From contig JBMYRH010000002.1 of NCBI GenBank assembly GCA_049602155.1, positions 65,108 through 129,107 on the forward strand: a DNA stretch of 64,000 bases, read 5' to 3'. This document shows, piece after piece, positions 46,223-55,126 of the stretch (its first letter is position 1; every line of letters starts with the position of its first letter). The notes under the pieces were generated by a model. The model searched no databases. It was not told the DNA's origin and was given only the letters and a program-made list of their open reading frames with translations. This DNA comes from Myxococcota bacterium (lineage in GTDB: Bacteria > Myxococcota_A > UBA9042 > PHBI01 > JBMYRH01). The position numbers were made by a program, and so were the translations under genes.

Positions 46223-46338
46223 GGAAATCCTCGGAATTGCAGGGTGTCCCGGCGTTCGGAGGCGGATAATAGTGGGCACGCAATGCCAGCGTCAAGGAGA
46301 CACTGGACCATGGGAGGTTGAATGAACCGCCTTTGGGC

Positions 46339-47871
46339 TCAATCGAGCCAGCCATGGAGGAACCATCGCCCATCATGACGCGCCCGAAAGAGCCATAATG
46401 CATAGCCTTCCTGGGTGCTGACCCAATAGTAATCGCGGTCATATAGATCGCTCCACCAGTGACCAGAAAGACGCTCGGGGCCGTGCCAATCTGTGAGGTG
46501 AACGCGCCGGCCCTCAAACGTCAGATGATCCGGACGATCCTGTGTGTGGTGAAGCGGTCGGGGCTTAGGCAAGAGTCGGAGGCACGCCGATAAAGGAGCG
46601 ACGTCGTTCTCTATGCTCGCAGACTGCGCGAGATCGGTCAGCGGCTCCCAAGCCCCCGACGCCTCTGGGCGCTGTTCATCACAGACGGTGGCCACCCGTA
46701 CAGCATCCTTGCCGAGGCGACTCACGAGTCGAATGAGCGCCCCTTCGGCCTGGATCTCAGTGCGCTCTGACTGTCGAAATAGATCGGCTTGGCGCGCGCG
46801 CTGGGGCGCGAGCCGCAAGGCCTCTAGGGTGAGGGTGACGATCGGGCCCCGCTGCGCGCTTGAGGGTAAGGTCTCCGTGAGGCGAAGGCGGAGGAGCTCC
46901 ATCAGGAGACGTGCGTCAGAGACGGCCCGTGATGGTGTGATGGTGACATGATGCGAGTCCCCCCAAGCGTGCGCGAGGGTGAGTTCCAGGTGCCCGACAG
47001 AGCGCCCTTGCGCAGCCTGCCCTTGGACGAGCTCCTCGAGGGCCGGTCGGAGCACAAAGAGCAAGGGTTCGACCTCTCGACATCCCTCTAAGAGCGGGAT
47101 GACGAGGCGTGTCGTGGCGTCAGGCGTGTGGCTCCTGGGTCTCCTGGGGTCGTCCCCCTGGCTGAGGTTCCATGCACGTCGCCCCTCCGGACCGAGGCGA
47201 GTCTCCAGGGCTTGAGCGGACATTGATTGAAGCTCACCGACCCTCCGCAGGCCGAGATCATTGAGGAGCCTCATCGCGCGTAGGCTCAGAGGGAGCGCGT
47301 GTATCGGCAGGGTGGCGAGGTAAGCGCGATCTTCACCTGGTGGGACTCGCGTGACGGTTCGCCCCCCATCACGGGTCGCAGCGGCGGCCGCGGTCGGTCC
47401 ATCTGCGATCCCGACGCGAGGTCCGAGGAACCCGTGCGTGACGACGCTCTGGACCACGCGCTCTGCGAAGTCGACCTCCATCGCGCGAGGCACTGTGTCT
47501 AGATCGAGCTGCTGCGCTGCGGGCTCAAGCCACCATTGACCGGGGCCCAGGAGGGTCCGACGTGGACTTAAGAGCTCAAGAGCCCGATTCAAGGTCTCCG
47601 TCGCCTCCTCTTCAAGGGCTTCAGCTGTGGGATCCCAGGCCCGAAGCTGCAGGTGGGCGACCAGTGCGCGCGCACGGCTGGGCCTCATCCCCGGGGTCAG
47701 CCCCAGCGCTCGCCCGGCGGGATCGATCAGGGTGACGCGTGAGTGAACCCCTTGCCCCTGAACGATCGCGACTGGCGACCCCTTCGCGAGGTGGCCGGCG
47801 CGGCGGAGCACGTCGATCTGGAACCACGGGAGACGGAGGCAAGCGACGCGGGTGCAGACGCTCCTGGACAT
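46339..47871 (-). CDS. imuB: ImuB, Y-family DNA polymerase-like subunit of the SOS mutagenesis cassette
   Basis: The N-terminus VACLRLPWFQIDVL...PVAIV..VHSRVTLIDPAGRALGLTPGMRPSRARAL matches the UmuC/ImuB N-terminal fold without the catalytic acidic triad context. It lies immediately downstream of an ImuA-like gene. Confidence 0.7.
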   Translation of the reverse strand: MSRSVCTRVACLRLPWFQIDVLRRAGHLAKGSPVAIVQGQGVHSRVTLIDPAGRALGLTPGMRPSRARALVAHLQLRAWDPTAEALEEEATETLNRALELLSPRRTLLGPGQWWLEPAAQQLDLDTVPRAMEVDFAERVVQSVVTHGFLGPRVGIADGPTAAAAATRDGGRTVTRVPPGEDRAYLATLPIHALPLSLRAMRLLNDLGLRRVGELQSMSAQALETRLGPEGRRAWNLSQGDDPRRPRSHTPDATTRLVIPLLEGCREVEPLLFVLRPALEELVQGQAAQGRSVGHLELTLAHAWGDSHHVTITPSRAVSDARLLMELLRLRLTETLPSSAQRGPIVTLTLEALRLAPQRARQADLFRQSERTEIQAEGALIRLVSRLGKDAVRVATVCDEQRPEASGAWEPLTDLAQSASIENDVAPLSACLRLLPKPRPLHHTQDRPDHLTFEGRRVHLTDWHGPERLSGHWWSDLYDRDYYWVSTQEGYALWLFRARHDGRWFLHGWLD

Positions 47872-48511
47872 CGAAGCTCACCTCCTCGGCAGCTGGCGGG
47901 CCACCACGTGTGCGCTGCACGCGAACCGTCCAGCGCCCGGTTGAGATGTTGAGTCCCCCAGGGCTGACGCGAAGCCCCCAAGCGGCTGTGAGCGCGGAGG
48001 GAGGGGTGGTGTCTAGGATCACCAGCGCAGTGTCCCCCGCGCGGGCGGCTTGCCGGAGTCGCGCGGCCCAGCCTTCACCGATGCGACGTGTGGCGTGACA
48101 AGGGGCGACCGCGACCAGGGCAAAGGCGCCTGACTCAGCCATGCTCTCCGCAGCCCATAGGGCCTCTCGGCGGAGCTCCGTTTGGATGACCCAAGCCTCA
48201 CCCTGAGGTGTGAGCCAGTCGGGGGCATGGAGCGTCCCAGCACCGTCGATGATGCCGACCCGCTCACCCGACGATAAGGCGCGCTGAATGCCGGGGCGCA
48301 ACAGTGAGGCTAGGCCAGCACCTGATGGACCCGTAAAGGCCGTCAATCGGCCTCGCGAAAAGCCCCCCTCAAGCAAACGATCAAGCTCGGCGATGCCGGT
48401 CAATAAGCGATCGTGGTTGTCCGCCATCGAGGGGCGCGTACGGGGCCCAACCTCCTCGAGTTGGGCCCGAAGCGTTGCGATCGTCTCAGCACGTTGAAGA
48501 TTCCCAGCCAT
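47621..48511 (-). CDS. imuA: ImuA (RecA/SulA-like) SOS mutagenesis protein; the C-terminal about 80 aa of the ORF are probably out of frame or overlap imuB
   Basis: LTGIAELDRLLEGGFSRGRLTAFTGPSGAGLASL is RecA-like P-loop-less ImuA core. The ORF has no stop until 47621, so it overlaps the imuB start (47871) by about 250 nt, with a Pro/Arg-rich junk-like tail. The start could be ATG 48511 or ATG 48427 (the ORF track gives TTG 48520). Confidence 0.6.
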   Translation of the reverse strand: MAGNLQRAETIATLRAQLEEVGPRTRPSMADNHDRLLTGIAELDRLLEGGFSRGRLTAFTGPSGAGLASLLRPGIQRALSSGERVGIIDGAGTLHAPDWLTPQGEAWVIQTELRREALWAAESMAESGAFALVAVAPCHATRRIGEGWAARLRQAARAGDTALVILDTTPPSALTAAWGLRVSPGGLNISTGRWTVRVQRTRGGPPAAEEVSFDVQERLHPRRLPPSPVVPDRRAPPRRPPREGVASRDRSGARGSLTRHPDRSRRASAGADPGDEAQPCARTGRPPAASGLGSHS

Positions 48512-48512
48512 A

Positions 48513-48528
48513 CTGAACAAGCGTACAG
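48513..48528 (-). promoter_or_regulatory. LexA-box-like palindrome (delta-proteobacterial/Myxococcus type) immediately upstream of imuA
   Basis: The minus-strand sequence CTGTACGCTTGTTCAG(T) matches the reported Myxococcus/deltaproteobacterial LexA consensus CTRHAMRYBYGTTCAGS at 16 of 17 positions. Confidence 0.5.
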
Positions 48529-48564
48529 TTCCCAGGGCGGGTATGCCAACATAATTGAGCGCGC

Positions 48565-49023
48565 TTAGAAGGCTTTGTTTGAGTCGAGCAGTAAGGTCAC
48601 GGGGCCGTCGTTGATAAGGCTGACCTGCATGTGCGTGCGAAATCGGCCTGTCTCGACGTGGACACCTATGGCGCGAAGCTGCGCTACGAATTCATCGACC
48701 AGGGCCTCGGCGCCAACGGGCTCCATGGCATGCACGAAGGATGGGCGCCGACCCTTTCGGCAGTCTCCATAGAGGGTGAACTGGCTCACGACTAGGACGC
48801 TCCCACCGATCTCGTTCACGGACAGGTTCATGCGGCCCTCATCATCTTCAAAGATGCGGAGCCCTGCGATCTTCTTCGCGAGGTAGCTGACGTCGTTGGC
48901 ACCGTCACCGTCCCCGGCGGCCAAAAGGACCATCAGCCCGGGCTTCCCAGGGCGCACCTCTCCGACTCGCTCGTCCTCGACATCGACGTGTGCGCGACTG
49001 ACGCGTTGTACAACTGCCCTCAT
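48565..49023 (-). CDS. dtd: D-aminoacyl-tRNA deacylase
   Basis: It matches Dtd end to end: MRAVVQRV...GLMVLL...SQFTLYGD...GRRPSF. Confidence 0.85.
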   Translation of the reverse strand: MRAVVQRVSRAHVDVEDERVGEVRPGKPGLMVLLAAGDGDGANDVSYLAKKIAGLRIFEDDEGRMNLSVNEIGGSVLVVSQFTLYGDCRKGRRPSFVHAMEPVGAEALVDEFVAQLRAIGVHVETGRFRTHMQVSLINDGPVTLLLDSNKAF

Positions 49024-49070
49024 CATGACCTCCGACCGTCGGTTGACAGCGACCGCTCCGAGCGGCTTCG

Positions 49071-50537
49071 ATGGACGCGCTTATACACCGCGCTTTCGGA
49101 GAGGACAGCATGCCCGTCGAGGTCCTGCAGGCCGTTCGCGATCTCCTTGCCCGTGACTCACGGCCAGGGCAGTCGCTGGGCGCCACCATCGATTACCTGA
49201 TGGATCGCCTCTTCTACGGTGAGTTTCAGATCTTCGAGCAGGTGAGCTCCAACCGTTACAACGACTATGTCAGCCTGATTGGTCTGAAAGATCCCGGGAC
49301 CCAAGAGGCTCCGCTTTGGCTGGTGGGCCATCTAGGGAGCGGGGCCGAGCCTGTTCCTAGCGATTGGGAGGCGACGAACGGGGCACCGCTGACGCCCAAG
49401 ATCGACACGCACGGGGGCTTGCTCTACGGCTTAGGCGCCGCCAACGCGAAGGTTGATCTTTTGCTGAAGCTCCTCGTCACTGCACGCCTTGATACTGAGC
49501 GCTTAAAGCGCCCGGTCTGTCTGATCGGACTCAGCGGTGATGAGTCCAATAGCCCTGGTCTCGCCGACCTCCTCGACGGCCGGTTTCCTCTCCCAGGGGC
49601 GGCCTTTATCGGCGCCCCGACCAACCTTGAGTTGTGGACGGGGCACCCGGGCAGCGTCACGGTGCGCCTGACCGCGCGGCGGACGTTACGGCATCGCCGC
49701 ATGCCGCCGTGTCGAGGCATGGTGGCGGTCACAGTCTCGGGGCGCTCGGCGCACCCGCAAGCCCCCAATGTGGGCTCAGATGCCCTGACCCTGGGGTTGC
49801 AGACGCTGCGCACGCTGCGCACCCACGGTGACCTCCGCGTCCTCTCGTTCTCTGCAGGGGAGGGGAGTCATCGCACCGCGGGTCGCTGTCACATGCAGCT
49901 CGCGACCAGCTTCGAAGCACTCCCCGACCTGCCACCTTATGTGGAGGTGGACCACCTCCAGGATGGTGCGGCGGTTCCTCTCCCGATCGACAAGATGATG
50001 GCAGGGTGGCTAAAGGCGCACGATGCCGGCATCGCGGCTGCGAGATCGCTGCTCAAGGGGGGCAGTTGTCAGCCAGCCTCACGCCCGAGGGTCGATGTAC
50101 ACACGGGCTGGATGCAAAGCGATCGCGACAGCTTGGTCGGCGAAGTCACGCTGTGGACCGGACCCGATGCGGATCAACGCGTCATGCTTGAAGCCTTTGC
50201 AGAGGCGGCGCATGCACAGGTCGGTGGACGCGACGAGAGCGAAATTGAGGTCGAGGTCGTTCAAGAGCGACCGGCGTTTGATGGCCGAGGGGCTGCCGGT
50301 GAACTCTTGCTCGCAGGGCAGGGGGCCCTTAGGAGCGCTGGCTTAGCGCCCGTCGTGTCCTCCGGCCGCTACGTCAGCGACGCCGCGTGTTTCGAGGAGC
50401 GAGGGATACCTGCGTTGCTCTTCGGACCCGGTCGAGGACTGGGGGACCTCTATCAAGACAACGAGCGGATCCCGCTCGTACATCTGGACGCCGCGTACCG
50501 TGTCTACGAGGCGCTCATCACCCAGTGGTGTTGCTGA
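49071..50537 (+). CDS. M20-family (ArgE/DapE-like) metallopeptidase homolog, possibly with degenerate metal ligands
   Basis: [10 protein letters not shown]...[16 protein letters not shown]...[11 protein letters not shown] follows M20 spacing, and a dimerisation-domain-like middle region is present. Some canonical ligands (HxD, DEE) are altered. Confidence 0.45.
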   Translation: MDALIHRAFGEDSMPVEVLQAVRDLLARDSRPGQSLGATIDYLMDRLFYGEFQIFEQVSSNRYNDYVSLIGLKDPGTQEAPLWLVGHLGSGAEPVPSDWEATNGAPLTPKIDTHGGLLYGLGAANAKVDLLLKLLVTARLDTERLKRPVCLIGLSGDESNSPGLADLLDGRFPLPGAAFIGAPTNLELWTGHPGSVTVRLTARRTLRHRRMPPCRGMVAVTVSGRSAHPQAPNVGSDALTLGLQTLRTLRTHGDLRVLSFSAGEGSHRTAGRCHMQLATSFEALPDLPPYVEVDHLQDGAAVPLPIDKMMAGWLKAHDAGIAAARSLLKGGSCQPASRPRVDVHTGWMQSDRDSLVGEVTLWTGPDADQRVMLEAFAEAAHAQVGGRDESEIEVEVVQERPAFDGRGAAGELLLAGQGALRSAGLAPVVSSGRYVSDAACFEERGIPALLFGPGRGLGDLYQDNERIPLVHLDAAYRVYEALITQWCC

Positions 50538-50550
50538 GCGCAGTGGCTAT

Positions 50551-51078
50551 CTAGGCGGCCGTCTCCGTCTCCTCAGGGAGCGGCTCGGCGTCGGCGAACA
50601 TCTCCTCGATCTCGGTCTCGATCGCGTCTTCGTTGCTCTCTTTGGCGATTGAGAGTTCCTTCACGAGGAGCTGCCGCGCCGTGTCGAGCATCTTTCGCTC
50701 TCCAAACGAGAGGTTCTTGTCGTACTTCAAGAGGTAGAGATCCCGGAGGACCTCGGCGACGTCGTAGACTGACCCTGTTTTGATCTTCTCAAGGTAGCGT
50801 CGGTAGCGTCGGTTCCAGGTTTGCTGATCGAACTTCACGGGGCGCTCGCGGAGGATCTCGTAGACCTCTTCTACCTCTTCGCCCTGGATGACCGATCGTA
50901 GACCGACCGCGTTGACCTTGTTGATGGGGATCCGGATCTTCTTGTCCGTATCGAGCACACGCAGGACGTAGAAGTTCTGCTGCATGCCCGAGATCTCCAT
51001 GCTCTCGATCCCCATGATCTCCGTCACCCCTTGTGCGGGGTAGACAGTCTTGTCACCGATCTTGAAGGTAGGCTGCAT
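50551..51078 (-). CDS. cdnL: CarD/CdnL-family RNA-polymerase-binding transcription factor
   Basis: MQPTFKIGDKTVYPAQGVTEI...NFYVLRVLDTDKKIRIPINKV is a CarD_CdnL_TRCF N-domain. A C-terminal helical domain follows. Confidence 0.85.
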   Translation of the reverse strand: MQPTFKIGDKTVYPAQGVTEIMGIESMEISGMQQNFYVLRVLDTDKKIRIPINKVNAVGLRSVIQGEEVEEVYEILRERPVKFDQQTWNRRYRRYLEKIKTGSVYDVAEVLRDLYLLKYDKNLSFGERKMLDTARQLLVKELSIAKESNEDAIETEIEEMFADAEPLPEETETAA

Positions 51079-51381
51079 CGACTCTCCTTATCGCTCTAAT
51101 CGCGCGTCATTCGCGATGAGCGTGCCCGCCAATCAGGCCTCGCCTGACCGGGGGCTCAGGACGAGCGGGATGCACATGATCCACATCGAGTGGCGAACAC
51201 CAATCGCACCCGTCTAACCCTCTAAGTAGACCAAAATACGGCGACACTGTCAACGGGGCACATCGCCACCAATCAGCGATCCACTGCCCTGCGTTATCAC
51301 ACACAACCCGTGCGCTAACGTCCGTATTCCGGGCCAAGTTCCCAGCTGAACTCACTCAGCTAGGGAGCCCGATGATCCACG

Positions 51382-51720
51382 CTAGCCCTTTGCGGCTGGG
51401 CCCGTCGTCGACAGTTGGCGGTGGTGATCGAGGAGGCGCTTCACAGTGTAGCCCTCCATCTTCTCACGCCAGCCGTCGTTGGCCTTTCCTGACGGGAACT
51501 GCAACGTCGTGATGGCGTCGATCAAGCCACTCTTACCGCCGAAGGTGTCTTGGACCTTCTTGGCGACTTCGTGGATGCGAAGGAGCTTCTTGTTGGTCGT
51601 ACCAGACAGTTTACGGCGGGTGTCGCCGTCGTCTCCGACGAGGGACACAATCGCGCTGACCAGGTCGGCGCGGGTGCCGAACTTCGACTCAACTTGTTGC
51701 TTTGGGGTGGGCTTAGACAT
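51382..51720 (-). CDS. Small conserved hypothetical protein (112 aa)
   Basis: The ORF has good coding potential and no recognisable motif. Confidence 0.35.
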   Translation of the reverse strand: MSKPTPKQQVESKFGTRADLVSAIVSLVGDDGDTRRKLSGTTNKKLLRIHEVAKKVQDTFGGKSGLIDAITTLQFPSGKANDGWREKMEGYTVKRLLDHHRQLSTTGPAAKG

Positions 51721-51743
51721 GAGTGCTCTCCTTTAGTGATGCC

Positions 51744-52616
51744 TTACTCGGAGGATTCCGTTTTAGGGGGGGTGACTGCCTTTCGAATGTCTTCGAGGCG
51801 CGCTTTGGCCTCAAGAATATGAGGGCCATCTGGGAAACTCGTGATGTACATCGCGTAGGCTTGGGCCGCGTCGGCCTGCTCTTCTGCGGTGTCATAGGCT
51901 GAGGCCATGCGCCACACAAGCGCGGGCGTCTTAGCCGCTGCTGGGTAGGTCTCAAGCGCATGCTTGAGTCGCCACGCAACAGCCCGCGGCTTGTCGCGCG
52001 ATTCATAGAAATCCGCAACGTAAATTTGATGAGCTAGGAGCATTTCCTGAGCGCCGATGAGCATCGTGCGCGCCTCAGTCGAGAACTGACTTGTCGGGAA
52101 TGCCGCGATAAATCGTCGCAGCTCACGCACGGCAGAGCGGGTTGCGGTTTGATCGCGCTCGAAGTCCGGGGGCTCGATGAACAACCCAGAAGGGACGCGC
52201 TGGTAATAGCAGGAGGCGACCCGAAACCGCGCATAGGGGATGTTGGGGTCGCTCCCGTGCTGCGCGATAAATGAGCGGTACGCTTCGGCAGACTCTTCGA
52301 AGCGCCTATCATTGTAGTACGCGTCGCCAATGCGGATCTTGGCCAGCGCAGCGTGCCGAATGTAGCGTGGGCTGCGGGCGACCGTAGAAAAGATCTTCAC
52401 CGCTTGGTTATTATTACCAGCGACCAGTTCCTCCATACCCCGGAGGTAAGCCCGTCGTGCGGTGGCCGCGGGGGTCTCACCGTCTTTCTCGACTGGGCGG
52501 CCGTCCAAGCTCATGCCATCGGACGCACACGCTGACGTCGCGAGCGCAGCAGCGAAAAACGCCGCGGCGAGTCCCCACGTTCTCAGAGTTGTGCGCAGTG
52601 GTCGTACCAACATCAC
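51744..52616 (-). CDS. bamD: BamD/YfiO-like TPR outer-membrane-assembly lipoprotein
   Basis: It has a lipobox (ALATSAC) and TPR-like helices. The IGDAYYNDRRFEESAEAYRSFI...YARFRVASCYY... pattern is typical of BamD. Confidence 0.55.
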   Translation of the reverse strand: MMLVRPLRTTLRTWGLAAAFFAAALATSACASDGMSLDGRPVEKDGETPAATARRAYLRGMEELVAGNNNQAVKIFSTVARSPRYIRHAALAKIRIGDAYYNDRRFEESAEAYRSFIAQHGSDPNIPYARFRVASCYYQRVPSGLFIEPPDFERDQTATRSAVRELRRFIAAFPTSQFSTEARTMLIGAQEMLLAHQIYVADFYESRDKPRAVAWRLKHALETYPAAAKTPALVWRMASAYDTAEEQADAAQAYAMYITSFPDGPHILEAKARLEDIRKAVTPPKTESSE

Positions 52617-52678
52617 CGCGCCAGTTAGCAGTGCCTCGACGGACTGTCAACGCTCTGCCCCATCCATTCGCCTGTGAT

Positions 52679-53821
52679 TTAGGCTTTCTCGACCAGCACT
52701 TGGGCGGCTCGCAGGAGCCGCTCTTCAAAGCGATATCCGTTCCGCACGACCTCAGCCACTTGACCCGGGGCGACTTTCCCGGTGGTCACTTGCTGGAAGG
52801 CCTCGTGGACGTTCGGATCAAAGACCTCGCCCAAGGGGGCGATGAGCTCGAGGCCCAGGAGGCCGAGATCGGTCTTGAGCTGTTTGTGGACGAGCTCGAT
52901 CCCTTTGGTGAGCTGATCGGTCTCCGCGGACGCACCCTCGGCCGACTTAAGCGCCATCTCCATCGCGTCCATGATCGGCATCAGCGCCTTGAACACGTCT
53001 TCGCGCCCCTTGCCGCGCGCCGCCTTCGCGCTGTCCTCAAGTCGCCTGCGGTACGACTCGGTCTCCGAGGTCATCGCCTTGACCTTCTTGCGGAGCTCAT
53101 CGACGGCCTTGGACTCTTGAGAGGGCTCGTCGCTGCGATGCCGCTCGGGGGCTTTGGGCTTCTCTGGTTTGCGCCACTGGGTGGAGATAGGGGGCTTCCC
53201 TGGGGGGGCTCCAAGGTCCGAGGGGCCCATGCCCATCGGCGCTTTGACCGGGGGCCTAACTGGGGCCTTGGCCTGCGGCGGTGGTTGGGCCGGTGCGGGT
53301 TTGGAGGCCGGGGAGATGCCCGCAGCTTCACCCATCGTCCGTTGCAGAAGGGCCTCGAAGTCATCCAGCCCATCGAGATCGACTTTGAAGACGTTGCCTG
53401 CAGTTGAGTCGGCGCTCTCAGGGGCGCCTTTCAGTGTCGGAGGGGCTTGTGGGGCCGCTTGGGGGGGCGCTTGTGGGGGCGCTTTGGGGGGTGGAGTGGC
53501 CGCTTGGGGCGCCGGAGGGGCGCTCGCTGCAGGCTTTTGGGGAGCGTCGCCGTAGATCAATGCACTGACCGCGTCATCGAAGTCGCCTGCCCCACCTGTG
53601 CCGCTCTCGAGGCTGGAGGCGAGGGACTGCGCAGCGGCTTCGATAGCCGATTGTCGGAGTGAAGACACTTGGCCGCTTGAGCCAGCGCTTGGCTGAGCCG
53701 CGGTGGCTGGTCCCGTGGAGGCTGAGTCGTCCTCTAAGAGACTCGCAAGGTCCACGACCTGCTCTTCATCGATTCGGAAGACTGGGATCGAGTCGTCCGG
53801 CTGACCGTCTCGCGACGTCAT
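52679..53821 (-). CDS. grpE: GrpE nucleotide-exchange factor with an approximately 200-aa Pro/Ala/Gln-rich N-terminal extension
   Basis: The C-terminal 170 aa align with GrpE (SYRRRLED...LMPIMDAMEMAL...EVFDPNVHEAF..VAPGQV..NGYRFEERLLRAAQVLVEKA). The N-terminal half is low complexity (PPQAPPQAAPQAPP). Confidence 0.8.
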   Translation of the reverse strand: MTSRDGQPDDSIPVFRIDEEQVVDLASLLEDDSASTGPATAAQPSAGSSGQVSSLRQSAIEAAAQSLASSLESGTGGAGDFDDAVSALIYGDAPQKPAASAPPAPQAATPPPKAPPQAPPQAAPQAPPTLKGAPESADSTAGNVFKVDLDGLDDFEALLQRTMGEAAGISPASKPAPAQPPPQAKAPVRPPVKAPMGMGPSDLGAPPGKPPISTQWRKPEKPKAPERHRSDEPSQESKAVDELRKKVKAMTSETESYRRRLEDSAKAARGKGREDVFKALMPIMDAMEMALKSAEGASAETDQLTKGIELVHKQLKTDLGLLGLELIAPLGEVFDPNVHEAFQQVTTGKVAPGQVAEVVRNGYRFEERLLRAAQVLVEKA

Positions 53822-54035
53822 AGCTGATGTGCCCCCACAACCTTGATTTGTGGTCGCCGAGGCGACCTGAATCGTCAGTATCCCGAAAAGAAGAGAACGG
53901 GTCCACCGCGTAATGCAGTTCCGAGTGGTTAGTGCGACTCGTGGGCGGGAGCCGCACCGTGCAAAGAACGTTCATTGCGTCTCATAGCTCGGGTGCCAGG
54001 CGCGGACATTATACGCGCCGTCCGTCACGATGGAG

Positions 54036-55007
54036 TCAGGACGCGACCCGATTTCGCCCCGACCGCTTCGCGTCGTAAAGGCGTTCATCCGCGGCTCGTA
54101 TGAGATCGATGGAGCCGTTCATGGTGTCCGCGTTTAGGATCGCGACTCCGAGGCTGATTGTGATGCGGATCGTGTTGCCCTCAAAGCAGAAGGGGTGGGT
54201 CTCGACCAAGCCGCGTAACGACTCGGCGTAGCGCACTGCGCCTTCAATGCTGGTCTCGGGAAGCACCAGCGCGAATTCCTCACCACCGTAGCGGGCAAAG
54301 AGCTCTTCACGCCGCACGCGGCGGCTACAGATTTGAGCCATCTCGCGAAGCACATAGTCGCCCGTCAGGTGGCCGAGCTCGTCGTTGACCCGCTTAAAGT
54401 AGTCGATGTCCATCATGACCAACGCCAGGCTACGGCCGTAGCGCCGCGAGCGCGCGATCTCACGATCTAAAAACTCGTTCAGCGCCCGCACATTGGCGAC
54501 CGCAGTGAGCCCGTCCGAGATCGTCATACGGTAGATCTCTTCGTGGTAGGCCGCCTCGACGTTCCGTCCACACAAGTACTTACAGATGACATCACCGATG
54601 CGGACGAGGTCGCCACTACGTAGCACCGATCGCTGCACAGGGTGATCGTTGAGGTAGGTGCCGTTGGTTGACCCCAGGTCTTCGACGAGGCGCTCTTCGC
54701 CCTCTCTCACGATCCGCGCATGACCTCGGCTGACGCTGTCGACATCAAGGACCACGTGATTGGCAGGATCGCGCCCGATGCTTACCTCATCACTGTCGAT
54801 GTCGATCTTGCGCCCGATGGAGGCACCATAAAGGACTACGAGACACTCCGGACCGCGTCCCTCAGGCTTTGGCGTCATCTTCGGTACAGAGACGCGCGTC
54901 GACTCTCCGACGCGGTGCTCGAAGCCGCTCTCCGCCATCGAGGCCGATGGATCGGTCTCAGATTGGTTCTTTCGATTGGTCACAGTGTCCGCTCCGGCTG
55001 CAGACAA
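54036..55007 (-). CDS. FHA-domain / GGDEF diguanylate cyclase
   Basis: The FHA region is SIGRDPANHVVLDVDSVSRGHARI...GSTNGTYLND. The GGDEF domain has the intact signature RYGGEEF. Confidence 0.8.
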   Translation of the reverse strand: MSAAGADTVTNRKNQSETDPSASMAESGFEHRVGESTRVSVPKMTPKPEGRGPECLVVLYGASIGRKIDIDSDEVSIGRDPANHVVLDVDSVSRGHARIVREGEERLVEDLGSTNGTYLNDHPVQRSVLRSGDLVRIGDVICKYLCGRNVEAAYHEEIYRMTISDGLTAVANVRALNEFLDREIARSRRYGRSLALVMMDIDYFKRVNDELGHLTGDYVLREMAQICSRRVRREELFARYGGEEFALVLPETSIEGAVRYAESLRGLVETHPFCFEGNTIRITISLGVAILNADTMNGSIDLIRAADERLYDAKRSGRNRVAS

Positions 55008-55126
55008 GATGCACCAAGTCTAAGGTTGGTCTGTGTCTGCTTCAAGCGCCCGGGCGCACAACAGAGGTTTGGGCTCGGGTTTTTTCACAGGGGCAACCGG
55101 GAGGTGTGTACACTCGGCGAGCCTTT

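Noticed and set aside
45215-46321. A 368-aa plus-strand ORF opposite the AEEAEAAP-repeat membrane protein gene.
   Set aside because: It is antisense to a gene with a clear TM and domain organisation. Its translation is Leu/Val/Gly-rich with no motif, so I judged it a shadow ORF.
53822-54035. A possible tRNA or other small RNA in the 214-nt gap upstream of grpE (the region contains ...GTTCCGAGTGGTTAGTGCGACTCGTGGGCGGGAGCCGCACCG...).
   Set aside because: I could not assemble a cloverleaf (no acceptor-stem pairing, no canonical T-loop GTTCRANYC in context). The GC-rich inverted repeat there is better explained as a promoter or operator element. It is not a CIRCE match.
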